Assembly (NCBI RefSeq): GCF_964204645.1
Contig: NC_134028.1
Coordinates: 4,278,001-4,342,000 of the forward strand
From: Tubulanus polymorphus
Taxonomy: Eukaryota > Animalia > Nemertea
DNA: 64,000 bases
Direction of reading: 5' to 3'
The translations under genes were made by a program, and so were the position numbers. Under the pieces are notes generated by a model that had not been told where the DNA came from, ran no database searches, and saw nothing but the letters and a program-made list of their open reading frames with translations. Shown in pieces: positions 27,301-39,560 of this stretch (its first letter is position 1; every line of letters begins with the position of its first letter).

Positions 27301-30300
27301 GCTCGGATACAAGATACAGAAATTCTAAGCCCCGTCCCTCTCGGGATAAGCCGTGATCGGCGAAGTTTTGATGAATTCCCACTTTTTCAATTCATTTCGT
27401 CTAATAATACTGAATTATGTGGGAAACTTGCCATGTGGTCGTGACAACTAAACACAGATGCAATGTAATTTTTCGATCAATTTCGATCGATGTAGCAACT
27501 TACAATGCGGAAAGTGTTGCAGCTATTGCAGACGATAGCTCCTCGGTCAAGGGTCTACATTTGATTAATTCAATGAATATCTTCATTAGGCTTACTGAAT
27601 ACAGTCTGATTTACAGTTTGCGTCGGGTTCAAGTCTGTGTGGAAAGTGTTTAGTAATTCATGTACACACGCCACGCAATTGAAATACTAGAAATCTAGAA
27701 AATTATTGCGTTTAAAGCCGTCGATTGAATCGAGTGTTTCCATGAAAGGGAAAGAAGTATCCACGCAGAGTGACTACAACGCAAAACCAAATCGGGGGAG
27801 GGGTTCACCAAGAACTTTAGTGTCTAATGTACCACGGTGGGTACACAAAATCGTAGAGCAACGTAGATCACTGCGGAGACAACCACTGCCAGGGCTGGGT
27901 GAAGAGAGGGGTAACTCGAGTGATAATGGTAATCAAAACGAAGAATATTGTCTAAAATGAAATAATCAAAAGAGCTCGGGAAACTCGTCCTCCTCGTGGA
28001 TCAACCCCTATAACAATAACGAGTTTGCGATATCTATATTTACAGAATCTACGGATTTTATGACGAGTGCAAAAGACGATATAACATTAAACTGTGGAAA
28101 ACATTCACAGATTGTTTCAACTGTTTACCAATAGGTGAGTTATTGACGTCATTCAATCTAATATGAAAAAAACTTCTTTTGTTCTCGGCAATAAATGGAT
28201 ATCTAGTGCTATCATCAGCCTGTAGATGTGATGAAAATATAATTCATTTGATTATCCAATCTGCCACGATGATGTACCTAACTATCGTCAGCTCTCACTA
28301 GATTTATCTACTTTCTAATATCGATAACATTCATGTGTCATATTCAATAAGTCATATTCAATAAGTAAAATCCAATGTAAGTTATTTGATGCTTTGAGTT
28401 TATTCTACTTCTCGCTCTCTCGTTCTCGCTCCGTCTCTCAATATTTCGTCGCACTTCTGCCAGTTGTGCGCGGTATGAAATTAACCCATAAACACGCAAT
28501 CAAAGTCTTATCGGCTGTGATTGTTTGGAATCTCTCCTGCTCGATCAAATAGGTTTGAACTGAGATCGTAAATTTCGCCGTCTCACTAATCGCCTATCGC
28601 CGTCAAAGTCCCATCGAAGTCCGAATTATTTCTTTCTGAATTGAATTTTCGCTTCGATCGTCCTTCTGGAGCATTTTTTTCGGATGAAAACTGTATACGT
28701 GAAGAACTCCTACTGCGGAAGCTATTTTCACCTTATTAACATTATCCGCATTATGCATACGACAACTTTGCGTCACCACTAGTTGTGGTGACACTCTGTG
28801 GCGCTGTAGGGTATGTGTGATATTTTGATTGAGTTACTTACACTTAACCTCATTCTATTGTTTCAGCTGCATTGATCGAGGGAACGATATTCTGCATGCA
28901 CGGAGGCCTTTCACCGGAGCTTAATGACTTAGATCAGGTGAGAGGGACGCGAGTCCTTACAAAGCTCGGAATAATCTGAAATGTCACGTCGAGGAAATAT
29001 GAACTTCATGTAATAATCCTATTGCTTCTCAAAACGGAGAAGGGAAATGATTAAGAACTTAAGCCGCAATCACACGAGAGTTTTAAACCCGGGCTAATTT
29101 TGGCCCGTGCCAGATTAGGCCAAACTTAAGCCGCAATCACACGAGAGTTTTAGGCTCGGGCTTATTGGCCCGTGCCAGATTAGGCCCAAGCTAACCGTTC
29201 ACACTGGTGCAAAATTGGTCGATGCTTGACACCGGCCAAATTTGGTTCTGGAAACGACCCATCTCGCGTTACCACAGAGTCGTAGCATCGAGTGAGTGAT
29301 TTACACGTGACCGCTTTATCGTCACCGTGTGATCACGTTCATCCCGGAAGTATTCAAATGGCCTAGGCCAATCCTTCTCTGAAAAAAAATGATCATAGCA
29401 TGTTTGATTGTAATATGGTTTTCATATCATGTTATCTGAGATACCATCTTCGCCAGGATTTTGCCCTACATCAACTGTCGGTCTATAGAAAATGTAAATC
29501 TCAGAATATCATTGACGGGAAGTAGAGATTGCCACGAACGCCGTTGATTACTGTTTGTACTTTCCTCTGGGTTTGAGAGCTATGCAAACTTCCCCTTGAC
29601 GCTTATATGCATGGGCGATGCCTTGGTGAGAGATTTCATCTGCGAGGATTTAAAACATCACATCTATCGCGATGCTATATGAAGACCATCTCGAAAGACT
29701 ACCTTAATTAGAAATATGTGAAAATGAATCGAAATTGTTGCTGTTGTTTGCAAGACTTAGCTTGTATCTGTTTTTCAGACCAGGCGACACTCATTTTGTT
29801 TCTTTCGATTCTTTTTATTGCAGTTGCGAGAAATCGAAAGGCCGATGGATGTTCCCGATAATGGATTAGTTTGTGATCTACTATGGTCTGATCCTGATGA
29901 GGTAAGGTTTACTCTCGACCATGTCAATATACAAACGATATAGAAGCGAGCCCTCGGAATGAGGATTCTGATGGAAGTTTTATTTGATTGCTCTACTCTC
30001 ACTAATCAGAAGATTGATGATAAAATAAAGGCAATAAAATGTCATTTATCACCTTCTAACAAGCGCAATATCATAAAATGCATTACATTTTGTGTTTCAT
30101 AATGATCTAAAATCTAATCGTTGTATTGAATACAGAAAAGCTCTTAATACATGTGGAGTCAACCCCTGATAAACCGCCACCTCGTCCATAACGCCAGGCT
30201 TTTTTTCTGAGGACTGTTTACGTACCTTGGAACTACTCCAAATTAAGCCCGATATACCGCTATATCCTATACTCTATATACATCACCGATGTGAGGTCGG

Positions 30301-31397
30301 GTTATTGGGGATTTATCGTTTAATACTATGTTGAAGTTGATGATATTTCAGGATATAACGGGTTGGGGTGAGAATGATCGTGGTGTGTCCTATACATTCG
30401 GCGGTGACGTTGTCCGCCATTTTCTGAAGAAGCAAGATTGCAGTTTGATAGTAAGAGCGCATCAGGTATGTGTCAGAAGAAATTGAAGAAAATCGCGATA
30501 TCAATCTTAAGATATACCGTGGGGGCGAGATGCACAGTCGTGACTTACGTTAGTCCGAAAGTGGTCTTAAATCATCAGACTGGTCGGGGGTCTTAAGTTG
30601 TTAGATTAGGCATGGACGTAGTCTTAGCCTGGTCTTAAATCTAAGCCACGACCGTGGAACAGGTCCCTTGGTTTTACGATGTTCTATAAGCTTGACATAG
30701 GAGTATTATGTGAAAAGTGCGAGTGACATATATGTAGACATCGTGAAGTCTAGGAGTTCTTCGACGGCAATATTGATCGGGTGGTTTATTTGTATTCATA
30801 GAATTTCTCTCGCTGATCAAATTGAGATTGCCTTCTAGACACGAAGTCTTATCGCCAAAATATCCGATTTCACGCAATGAATTGCGTATTTTCCATTTCC
30901 GAATTTGACATTTTGTTTTGACGTAATTCGTTGCTCATATCCTTTTCATTTGATAACATACAGGTTGTTGAAGATGGATACCAGTTCTTTCAGAAACGAA
31001 AGGTATAAAAATCGCTGCTTCAAATAAACTGCGCATTTATATATCTGTTTCCATCCCGCATTTTGATTTGCGTAAGCCACTATTTGGTTGAGGACCAATT
31101 ACTGTTACGGATGTCATCAAAGCCAGGTTTATTTTTTATTTCAGCTTGTAACACTGTTCAGTGCGCCGAATTATTGCGGTGAATTCGACAACGCAGCTGC
31201 CGTCATGATAGTCTCTGAAGATCTCACATGTTCGTTCAAAATACTGCCCGTAAGTAATAGAGATCGAAAACCACGTATTTAGTACGTACTTAATTCAGTG
31301 TGGCATGCTTATGTAAATACGATATCATCTCTAATTCTCTTTCTAGCCGGAAAAAGGGAAGATTATATCACTCGATTCGAAAAATAGTAAAAAATGA
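21327..31397 (+). CDS. PPP1C: Ser/Thr protein phosphatase PP1 catalytic subunit-like (divergent paralogue). 10 coding exons: 21327-21404, 24414-24619, 25449-25556, 28046-28134, 28867-28937, 29824-29901, 30352-30465, 30964-31002, 31145-31249, 31347-31397; 312 aa
   Basis: PPP motifs GDIHG, GDYVDRG, LLRGNHE, MHGGLSP, LLWSDP, RAHQVVEDGY and the PP1-type [14 protein letters not shown]-terminus [27 protein letters not shown] introns; 939 nt in frame. Confidence 0.94.
29056..29190. repeat. Tandem duplication of a ~67-bp unit (end of a repeat element)
   Basis: AACTTAAGCCGCAATCACACGAGAGTTTTA...TGGCCCGTGCCAGATTAGGCC occurs twice head-to-tail. Confidence 0.85.
30521..30667. mobile_element. Short palindromic MITE remnant
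   Basis: CACAGTCGTGACTTA ... TAAGCCACGACCGTG inverted ends, with internal GGTCTTAA repeats. Confidence 0.5.
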
Positions 31398-32107
31398 TAA
31401 TCATTGAATCCATAGAAAACTATTACTGTGTATATAGATAATTAATTCAATATAAAACACACGATCGGTCATGTGTTTAATTCTAGAGATAACGATTAAG
31501 ACGCGAAGTCGAATTAAACAGAATGTATATATGTTTCATTACTCTTTGTTAAACACGTTGAAAATAAGAAGACAGGTTTATTATTAATCATGGTAAAGTA
31601 TAATCTTCAGTTGATACGGATCAGAAGAGAAATGTCATGTCCGTATTGTAGTCCAATGATAAAGATTTTTAACGCATTTTGAACGCTTCAGTTCTATCCA
31701 TTGTCCCAATTCAGCTATGGAAGCTGGCTCGGTAATCTTGGGAGTAGGTAATTAGAGGTTATATGTAATTGTGCTGCGGCCAGTTACTTGAAACTTGTTT
31801 CAAGTGGATGAAAATATCATTGCAACAATGGTGCGTCGACCAGATAACTCCATCCAACATTTGGCCAACTGAAATCTGGTCCTCAAAAAGCGAGGACCTG
31901 TAGACTCTGTTATAGCTGAATAAACTAACTAAATCTCCATTCAGCAAAATCTAACCTTTTAAGGTTGTGAAGTATTATGATATTGTCAACGTTACGAACT
32001 GCAACTGCTATGAAATTTAGGTATGCAAGGTTTGATATGATAAGAGTGTTGAGAATTTCCAAGACGTTGAGGTATATTGTTATTGTTATGTTAGTACACA
32101 ATGTATA

Positions 32108-32272
32108 CGGTGGAATCTCGTTACAATGAATTTCTGGGGACCAGAAAATTGTTCATTATAACCGATAGTTCGTTGCATCTGCTATGAAATTGTTGAAATT
32201 GTGAATTTGGGACGAAATTCTAGGTTTGTAATCATAACTGATAAATCGTACCGATATAACAAGGTTCCACTG
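32108..32272. mobile_element. pogo/Tigger-type MITE
   Basis: TA-CGGTGGAATCTCGTTACA ... TATAACAAGGTTCCACTG imperfect TIRs. Confidence 0.65.
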
Positions 32273-33293
32273 TGTATATGTTCAAAAGTATATCTATTTG
32301 TTGGCATTTATATATTCTGACGTAATGAAATATGAAAACAAATTCTATTTTGATTGTATAATTGTGTTGTCATTATTGATCTAGTAAATACTGTATTTTG
32401 TTGATGTCGTGAATTTTATCATATGATGTAAAATAAATTAGATTTTATGAGCTATGCGATTGTCGTTCATTTGTGTCGCGGCGACCGCCGTATCTTTATA
32501 ATCACGAGACATCAAGTGACGTTCCATCCACCGCATCCATCGTTGAGAGAGATATTAAACAAACACAAAATCTGATTCTTAGCGAGCAACATTTTTTTAG
32601 CACATTTTATTAGAAAATGTTTCAAAAAATTTTTAACTGAAAAAAGATCGTTTTAACGCTTGGTAAATGCATTTACAAATTAAGGCAACGCCCCAACTCT
32701 AGTCCTACATAAACAATGCCTCGAACTAGGGGTGGATCTAATCAGTGCTATTTTGGGGTCCCGACCCTTGCCTTCCCATTGAGGCTAACCTTTTTTTATT
32801 TGTCGAGATAGCGAGGGTCAAGTTTGCAAATTTATTTCTTCGAAAATGACTAACGCCGAGGGTTTTCAAAGATCTGTCCCTCTGTGAATGAACACACTAC
32901 AGATATACAGTAGTGCAGTCAGCATTTATAATGATTAACACCTAGATAAATTTACAGAGATTAACACCTGGTCAATTTAGAGACACTCCCTTGTGACATG
33001 GATCGACCTCAAGTCACGAAGCATCAGTTCTATTTTAAGATTGAGCAAAATACCTGCCATATAAAAATACACGTATGTTGTTTCATGCACAAAAATATCG
33101 AGCTATACATCAACATTTAAGGAATCAAGTAGTGATATGAACCCTGTTAAACTATGTCCGGCAGTAAATCAAATTCACATAACACCGAGATGAAAGTTTT
33201 AACAATCCCAAAAATATCCGACTTTCCGATAAATCATTCAAATCACAATCGTTTGCTGTAAAGTTTAAATCGAATTACGCCGCGACGAATCAA

Positions 33294-35121
33294 CTACAGA
33301 ACTGCGACCCCTTCGTGATTCAGAAGCCACTTTTTAACGAGATTTCTTCGGCCCCCGCAATATTCTCCTAATTGTCCGGTTTGACGGATGACGCGATGAC
33401 ACGGAATTATCAACTGAATCGGATTCATTTTCAGGGTGTGTCCGACTGCGCGAGCCGTGTTTACGTTTCCACACATCGTCGCTAATTGTCCGTACGACAC
33501 GATCCGAGCGAAGCTGATCTCGTCGGCTAAAATTCGCCAGACTTTCTCCGTGAACGAACCTAAAAAAGGAAACCGTAAATTCTAATTATTTCTCACAGAG
33601 TTTTTCAGATCAGGGAATCTGAAATTCGCTGATATTTCTCCGACCAAAATTTATTGCGCTGTTTCTGTGCGAGGTTCCTTGGGGATCATTCATTTATTAC
33701 GTACGCATGAAATTTGACTTTTTCTACCCCCTCCTCCCTGTACGCAAAATCGGCCATTTTTCCATACACATTAAGCATTACAGTACGCAATTGCACTTAC
33801 CCCTCCCCCTCCCCTAATGTGTAAGTAATAAATGAATGATCGCCTAGCAGTCAGCAATAACGACGAGACACCGAAAATTCAAATTGATTGCTCGACTATT
33901 TAAGAACCGACCAAATATAAACTGCTGCTTTATTTGCCCGTCAATTACAGCATTGCGTCTTGCTGGACCAGTGGTAACAGTGCATTAAAAAATCTAGGTA
34001 AATGTACAGCATTGATTAGGTTCGTTCCAAACTGATCCATTTCGGGTTCGGGCCAAATTAGAATGGACAGCGACGGTGTGCAGACATTGTATGGAAGTTT
34101 TCTAGTTGCGTTTTAAGGTGTAAATTAACTTACCTTTCTTGGTGTGAACGAAGCAGATATTTGGACGAGTTTGAGCAGGAGCTTCAGTTTTATTATGGAA
34201 GTACGTATTAAGCCATTGAATACACATCAACACTGATTTATACACATATCCGTTGTCTTGATAAAGCTGCGATTTTAAACTGACTTCAATACTGAAAATA
34301 CATTTTCATGAAAATTGTAGTTTATCAGTTAATTGGTTGCTAACACTGTCCTCATTTGCCAGAGTTTGATTGCCTCCCGCCAAAGCTCACAACAAAACCC
34401 TTGCCACAAACCCTTCATTGCTCAAGATTTCTAGGGAGGACAGGTTGCCGCTAAGCAGCCACCAGAGTATGCATTAAGCCAATCAGATGCACTGTTTTTC
34501 ACCGGCAGAATTGCTACGCATCTGATTGGCTAGTTAGTCACCTAATCGTTGGCGGTAAGCTTTTTATAATCGGATGGGCATTTATTACTGATATAATATG
34601 ATTTCAATGGTTAAAATCGATATGGAATAAATAAATATGTTATATTTAATTTCATCTCGGTTGATCTCGGTTCATCTCGGTAAAATAAATCATCTCGGTA
34701 ATAAGGATGACCGTATACGTGTGGTTTGTGAAAATATCCGATTGTGAAACTAAACCACAGACAGGTTACTGACTACTGATTGGCTAGATACATAGACTGG
34801 TGGCTGCTTAGCAGTAACCTGTCCGCCCAAGAAATCTCGGTCAACATAAAAGTCCATTGAAGGGTTAAGGCCAGAGTTTATGTTGCTGCGAACTTCGGCG
34901 CAAGAGACAATCAAACCCTGGCAAGCGAGGATGGTTTCGTTACCGACTTACCTCATGTCAACTTTAAAAGTCGAATCATCGATCTCTTGTACTTGCTGCA
35001 GAGAATGAATCCCTTTAGGACATGTTTCCAGATCCATGTCACCGATAGGTGTGCGTAACACGTACGTATTCGTCGGCCCATGGTGACAAGCAATCGGCCG
35101 TTTCCTGCGTGCTGTTGACAT
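33294..35121 (-). CDS. MGMT: O6-methylguanine-DNA methyltransferase. 3 coding exons: 35121-34952, 34291-34134, 33559-33294; 197 aa
   Basis: Active-site IPCHRV, HTH region SYGQLA...ARAVG, C-terminal KKWLLNHE. N-domain TPIGDMDLETCPKGIH and CIQWLNTYF. 594 nt in frame with GT-AG introns. Confidence 0.94.
33681..33844. mobile_element. Harbinger-like MITE in MGMT intron 2
   Basis: TIRs GGGGATCATTCATTTATTACGTAC / GTAAGTAATAAATGAATGATCGCC resemble those of the two erlin-intron MITEs. No clean TSD seen. Confidence 0.7.
34334..34945. mobile_element. Foldback element with ~160-bp imperfect inverted arms, filling MGMT intron 1
   Basis: TCCTCATTTGCCAGAGTTTGATTG...GGACAGGTTGCCGCTAAGCAGCCACCAG...AGCCAATCAG matches the reverse complement of CTGATTGGCTAG...CTGGTGGCTGCTTAGCAGTAACCTGTCC...CAATCAAACCCTGGCAAGCGAGGA. 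Confidence 0.75.
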
Positions 35122-35836
35122 AATGCACTATCACTGTGCTGTCTGCGCGAAAACAATTAAAAAAACCGAGAGTGAATGAATGTAAATTAAAATACTGAAA
35201 CTGGTCAGCAGTACCTAGGATATTGGGGTCAAAACTTTGCGTCAGGCCTGGTTGGTACAGTGGAAAACTTACAAAACAACAAAAGCCTAAGGATTCCCCC
35301 ATCTATTTGAATTATTTTACTTTAACTCGGCCGTTTCTATATTGTTTATCCGAATGATTTTCATGAATAGAATATGTCGATTTGAGATGTTAAAATCTAT
35401 AAATACCTGGATAAATTTAACAACAACAAATGCGCTGTAATAAGTATTTCTACGTCATGTATTTTTTTCGTCCTTACTAAAATCGACCAGAGCACCACCT
35501 AGCAGCATCACCTTTTCAAACTGCAAGTCACCTAATTAGGTTCGAGTCCCAATGCGCGCACGATTTCTATGACCTACGCCCGGCCTTATCGTATCCGTAT
35601 CGTATCGTTCTTGCAACCAACGCCGGGGAAACTAAACAATTAGACTTTCGGTGTTTCTCTTTCTAACTTTTCCAAATTGTTCATCGCGCATCGGTAATAT
35701 CAGTTCGGACTAAGTAATTCTCAGTTCATATTGTTTTGTCATCCATATTATTGTTTTGTCAAAAGTGTGCTATGTACCACGGCCCACGAGACTAGTGCAG
35801 AAAAAAACATATTCTTGTTTTAAAAGAAAATCTAAT

Positions 35837-36307
35837 TTATTCAGAGGAAGCCGCGATCGATCCTATAAATGACGCCACTCCAACTAAGATTATTACGTAG
35901 TAAATAATTACAGCAAGCACAATAACGACACCAAGCACGATTCCTGCAATGCCCAAACCCTTCACTGTCTTACTCTTATTCTGGGCATCATGATATTGGC
36001 CAGTGCGCCACAATTCGTCAATCTGAAAGAAATAAATTCACCACATTTGAAACAATGCTGCTATCATCGCGGAGTTTAGTTGAATCGGGGTTGTCGGAAA
36101 TTTCGGAAAATCGGTATTTTGCAAAATGCACAATGTCTTTCTTACCTGGAGTGAAAAAATAAGCGCTGGTATGCCAAGTGGTGCAAAGAAAATCAAAGCG
36201 AATACAGCTAAAACCAAATGATTACTCGGTTTATTAATGACTTGGGCTTCCACTGCCGGAGGCTGCATTACGACCGGTGGTACTTGATGTTGTTGCTGGC
36301 CTTCCAT
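35837..36307 (-). CDS. CD225/dispanin-family (IFITM/PRRT/TMEM233-like) membrane protein. 2 coding exons: 36307-36146, 36022-35837; 115 aa
   Basis: Q/P-rich N-terminus, then KPSNHLVLAVFALIFFAPLGIPALIFSLQ|IDELWRTGQYHDAQNKSKTVKGLGIAGIVLGVVIV. This fits the CD225 pattern P-x-x-(H/Y)L...PLG...A-x-x-x-S, G-x-x-x-x-A-x-x-x-S plus a second TM helix. Confidence 0.85.
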
Positions 36308-36771
36308 TTTCTTGGTCTGGTCTAAATAAAGAAAAAGAGCATGATTCGTAATGTATAATGCGATTGTGACACAATATCAGTAATATATGTAAGAAGATGA
36401 AATTTACTTGTAGCAGCAATAAACTCTTCGACCACACCGTCAGCGTTCAAAACGTCTTTTGGCACGTGGTGGTTGGTTTCTATGGTATTCGTTAAAACAA
36501 AACGGTTGTCCTCGTGATGCCTCGCCGTGTATCCACTGGATACAACTTTATTGTTAATGTCTTCTGATAGGAATTTTTCAAATTTATTGATGCTTATCCT
36601 TTTACATAGAATATTATATTTGAATAAAAATTACTGCCACATTAACCGTCATGATGAGGTGTTTTATCTTTGATGTTGACAGTTAATCGGAAGAAGAAGA
36701 GGTAAATGAAAGTGTCGATCAGGAGGGCAAAGAATCTCCAGAATCTCTCCAAAAAGGAATCGCTACATCAC

Positions 36772-36953
36772 AATCAAGAGAAAGACATCAATAGCAAAGA
36801 GGAGTTTTATTTCAGAATCTCTATATAAACTTACTGTCAGCGTCGATACATAACAGGCCCGTAATCAAGAGAAAGACATCAATAACAAAGAGGAGTTTTA
36901 TTTCAGAATCTCTATATAAACTTACTATCAGCGTCGATACATAACAGACCCGT
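36772..36953. repeat. Recent 91-bp tandem duplication
   Basis: AATCAAGAGAAAGACATCAATA...GATACATAACAG(G/A)CCCGTA starts at both 36772 and 36863, with only a few mismatches. Confidence 0.92.
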
Positions 36954-38181
36954 ACAAGGGGGTTCGGACGAACCCCCTTTGATGAAAGTGCCCTTTTTCA
37001 ATTTTTTTGACGTCTGGAAATTTTTTTCACACAATTTTCATGCCCTTTTTTACAAGTGGTCCCTAGATCCGTCCCTATTTATGGTAAAAAATGCAGGAAA
37101 TTTATCTAAAAACAGGTAAGTCCACCGCCACCATCTTTGGGTGCCTTGGTGGCATTGTCCTTTCCCCAAAGTAGAACCCCCTAAATAAAAATCAAGTGGC
37201 ATTACAATATTAACTCTGCTGAGCTCGAAACTCTGGGGACCGGTGATTTCTGAGACCCGCACGAGGAGAATCTCCCGTGCCAGGATTCGACCTCGATTGA
37301 AACTCGATACCGACATGGTAGATTTGACAGCGCGGCGGCGCGGGGATCTTAGACACTATCAGAATATCAATATCAATATCAACATCAATATACAAATGGC
37401 GTGCTCTACTGCGAAAAGCAAAAACCTCGCCTAATTTCAAACAAAGGCAGCCTCCTTTAAGACCCCAGAAATCAATATTTCAATATTGGGTAAGTATTCA
37501 TAACATTAGTTAAAATGGCGAAAAATATTTCATCTTAGATATTGTAGGTAATCATATTTCAGAGGTGAATCTAGGCGCACATGGTGAAAACCAGTCAAGC
37601 AAGACAAGTTGAAGTTGAAAAACTAAAAAAAAAACGGGCCAATGATGGATTGACTGACCTGGGAGGATCCAGGAATTTAGAATATGGGGCCCAAAACTTC
37701 AAGAGCCATCTGACTCTGATTTCTAGACAATTGGTCTTGCTGTGTTTCGGGCCTAATATATTCTCAAATGATTCTTCAGTGAATTAGCTTAGCTATTATG
37801 AATTCATTCTGTTTTTATCCAGTAATTGTGTTTTCATTTGTAGATGTGCATATTAAACCATTTTATAAAGAATTGACATCAGAAACAGTGAAAACGTGTA
37901 AGTTTATTTCATGTTTTAAATGTCTTCTTTTTTCGGTTTCAGAAACAGTTATTCATCTATTAATTCATGTATCTTCATTACTTTCTTTTATGTTTGATGT
38001 TGAACTTAAAAGGCAAAACCCAAAACCGTAGATGGAAAGCCCCTGGATAAATGAACTAGAGAATGGAGCGAACGATTCAATTTGTAAGTTTGAATTTCGA
38101 ATTTGATAATTTTGCAGTTATCAAAGAAAAGAAAACAATCTTTGATTTGTCTATCATAGGTATCACTACAATGGGAGCTTG

Positions 38182-38400
38182 GACAGGACAACAAGGAATC
38201 AATGCTTTACAATAAGACTTTCTTGGAATCGGCGCAAGACAACCAGGAATCAGTTCTTTACAGTAAAACTCCGTTGGATTCAATACAGGACACGGAGTTA
38301 GTACTTTACAATCAGACTCTTAGATTCTGCACAGGACAACAAGAATCACTGTTTTACAATAAGACTCGCTTGGATCTGGATTCTGTACAGGACGTCAGGA
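38182..38400. repeat. Degenerate ~51-bp minisatellite (about 4 units)
   Basis: Recurring ACAGGACAACAAGGAATCA..CTTTACAATAAGACT...TTGGATTC. Confidence 0.75.
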
Positions 38401-38729
38401 ATTACTAAATGGAAATTCAAGATAAGTTACATTTATCTTATTTATCAGTTGTTGATTTGATTTAAGGGACCAGTTTAATGTTATAAACAATGTTTTTAAA
38501 TGAAATCTGGGCTTATGCATTTGTTAATTGAATCCATTCAAATGTCTTTATATCGGTGGTGTATATTTGATAAGGATTAGTTCATAGGTGGGATTCTTAT
38601 TTCCGCGATACATAAAGAATAAAGTGGGTTTACAGGTTTTCTAAATTGAGATCAACTCAAAGTTATTTCTAATCAATACGAAACTGGTCCCTGATATCAA
38701 TAACACAACTGTTATCAATCATGTTCCTT

Positions 38730-38945
38730 CGTCACAATCAGATGTGTTCACAATTTCTCTGGATTATACAGCTGTAGATTTTGGACTGATTGAACAGTTA
38801 CAGATACATGTAACATTGTGTGCAGATACAGAATACAGATCTCTGCATACTTCATCATGTGATTGAACAGTGATTTGTTCTCTGATCTTCACAATAATTC
38901 CCAATCGTCTAACTAAAACATCGTAACACTTCAACTCATCTAATC
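38730..38945 (+). repeat. Left arm of a ~215-bp inverted repeat (partner 43441-43651)
   Basis: CAATCAGATGTGTTCACAAT...TGCAGATACAGAATACAGATCTCTGCA...GTCTAACTAAAACATC aligns to the reverse complement of 43441-43651 along its whole length. Confidence 0.9.
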
Positions 38946-38946
38946 G

Positions 38947-39310
38947 TGGGGTTCGGGGAGGTTGGGTAGGGTTGAGGGGAGGCAGGGGTAGAGGGAGGGC
39001 GGGAGGGAAGGGGTCCGGGAGGGCGGGAGGGAAGGGGTCCGGGAGGGCGGGAGGGAAGGGGTCCGGGAGGGCGGGAGGGAAGGGGTCCGGGAGGGCGGGA
39101 GGGATGGGGTCCGGGAGGGTGGGGAGGGATCGAGTGAGGGAGGGTGGGATATAGGGGTGGGCTGGGTAGGATGGGTGGTGGTAGGAATTTGGAGGGAGGG
39201 TAGGAGGGTCTAGGTGGGTGGTAGCGTAGGTTTTAGGTAGGTAGGGGTTTAGGGTATAGGTGGGTGGTGAAGAATTTAGGTAGGTGGTAGTGTAGGGTCA
39301 GGTGCAGGTT
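38947..39310 (+). repeat. G-rich minisatellite (24-bp unit GGGAGGGCGGGAGGGAAGGGGTCC, ~5 copies) plus degenerate GGT tract
   Basis: Read directly. Each unit has four G3+ runs, fitting the G-quadruplex consensus. Confidence 0.92.
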
Positions 39311-39473
39311 TAGTCTTGGTAGTTTTTTAGTCTTGAACTTCAGGATATTTCAGAAAATGTGTCCCATTTTTCATTGCATTTTAATAACCGATAGGATTAG
39401 TATAAAATTCCTTTACTGTTATGCATCGTCACACGAGACTGAACATACAATATTACAGTAGTTACACATATGA

Positions 39474-39560
39474 CAAGCTGGTTAAATGGACTAGTTCTAT
39501 TAGTTTTACTGGTTTATAGCGCGAGACCTGGGTTCGATCCCCAGTGAGTGCGCGTAATTT
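39474..39560 (+). mobile_element. tRNA-derived SINE-like head
   Basis: B-box GGTTCGATCCC in a T-arm hairpin (CTGGGTTCGATCCCCAG) with a weak upstream A-box. No complete cloverleaf. Confidence 0.4.

Noticed and set aside
31250-31282. PP1 C-terminus [10 protein letters not shown] from the ORF track
   Set aside because: It reads through a consensus GTAAGT donor; a downstream exon (31347-31397) is preferred, although intron retention cannot be excluded.
39474-39560. tRNA gene
   Set aside because: Only the T-arm/B-box is recognisable; acceptor and anticodon stems cannot be formed. The same applies to GGTTCGAGTCCC at ~35540.
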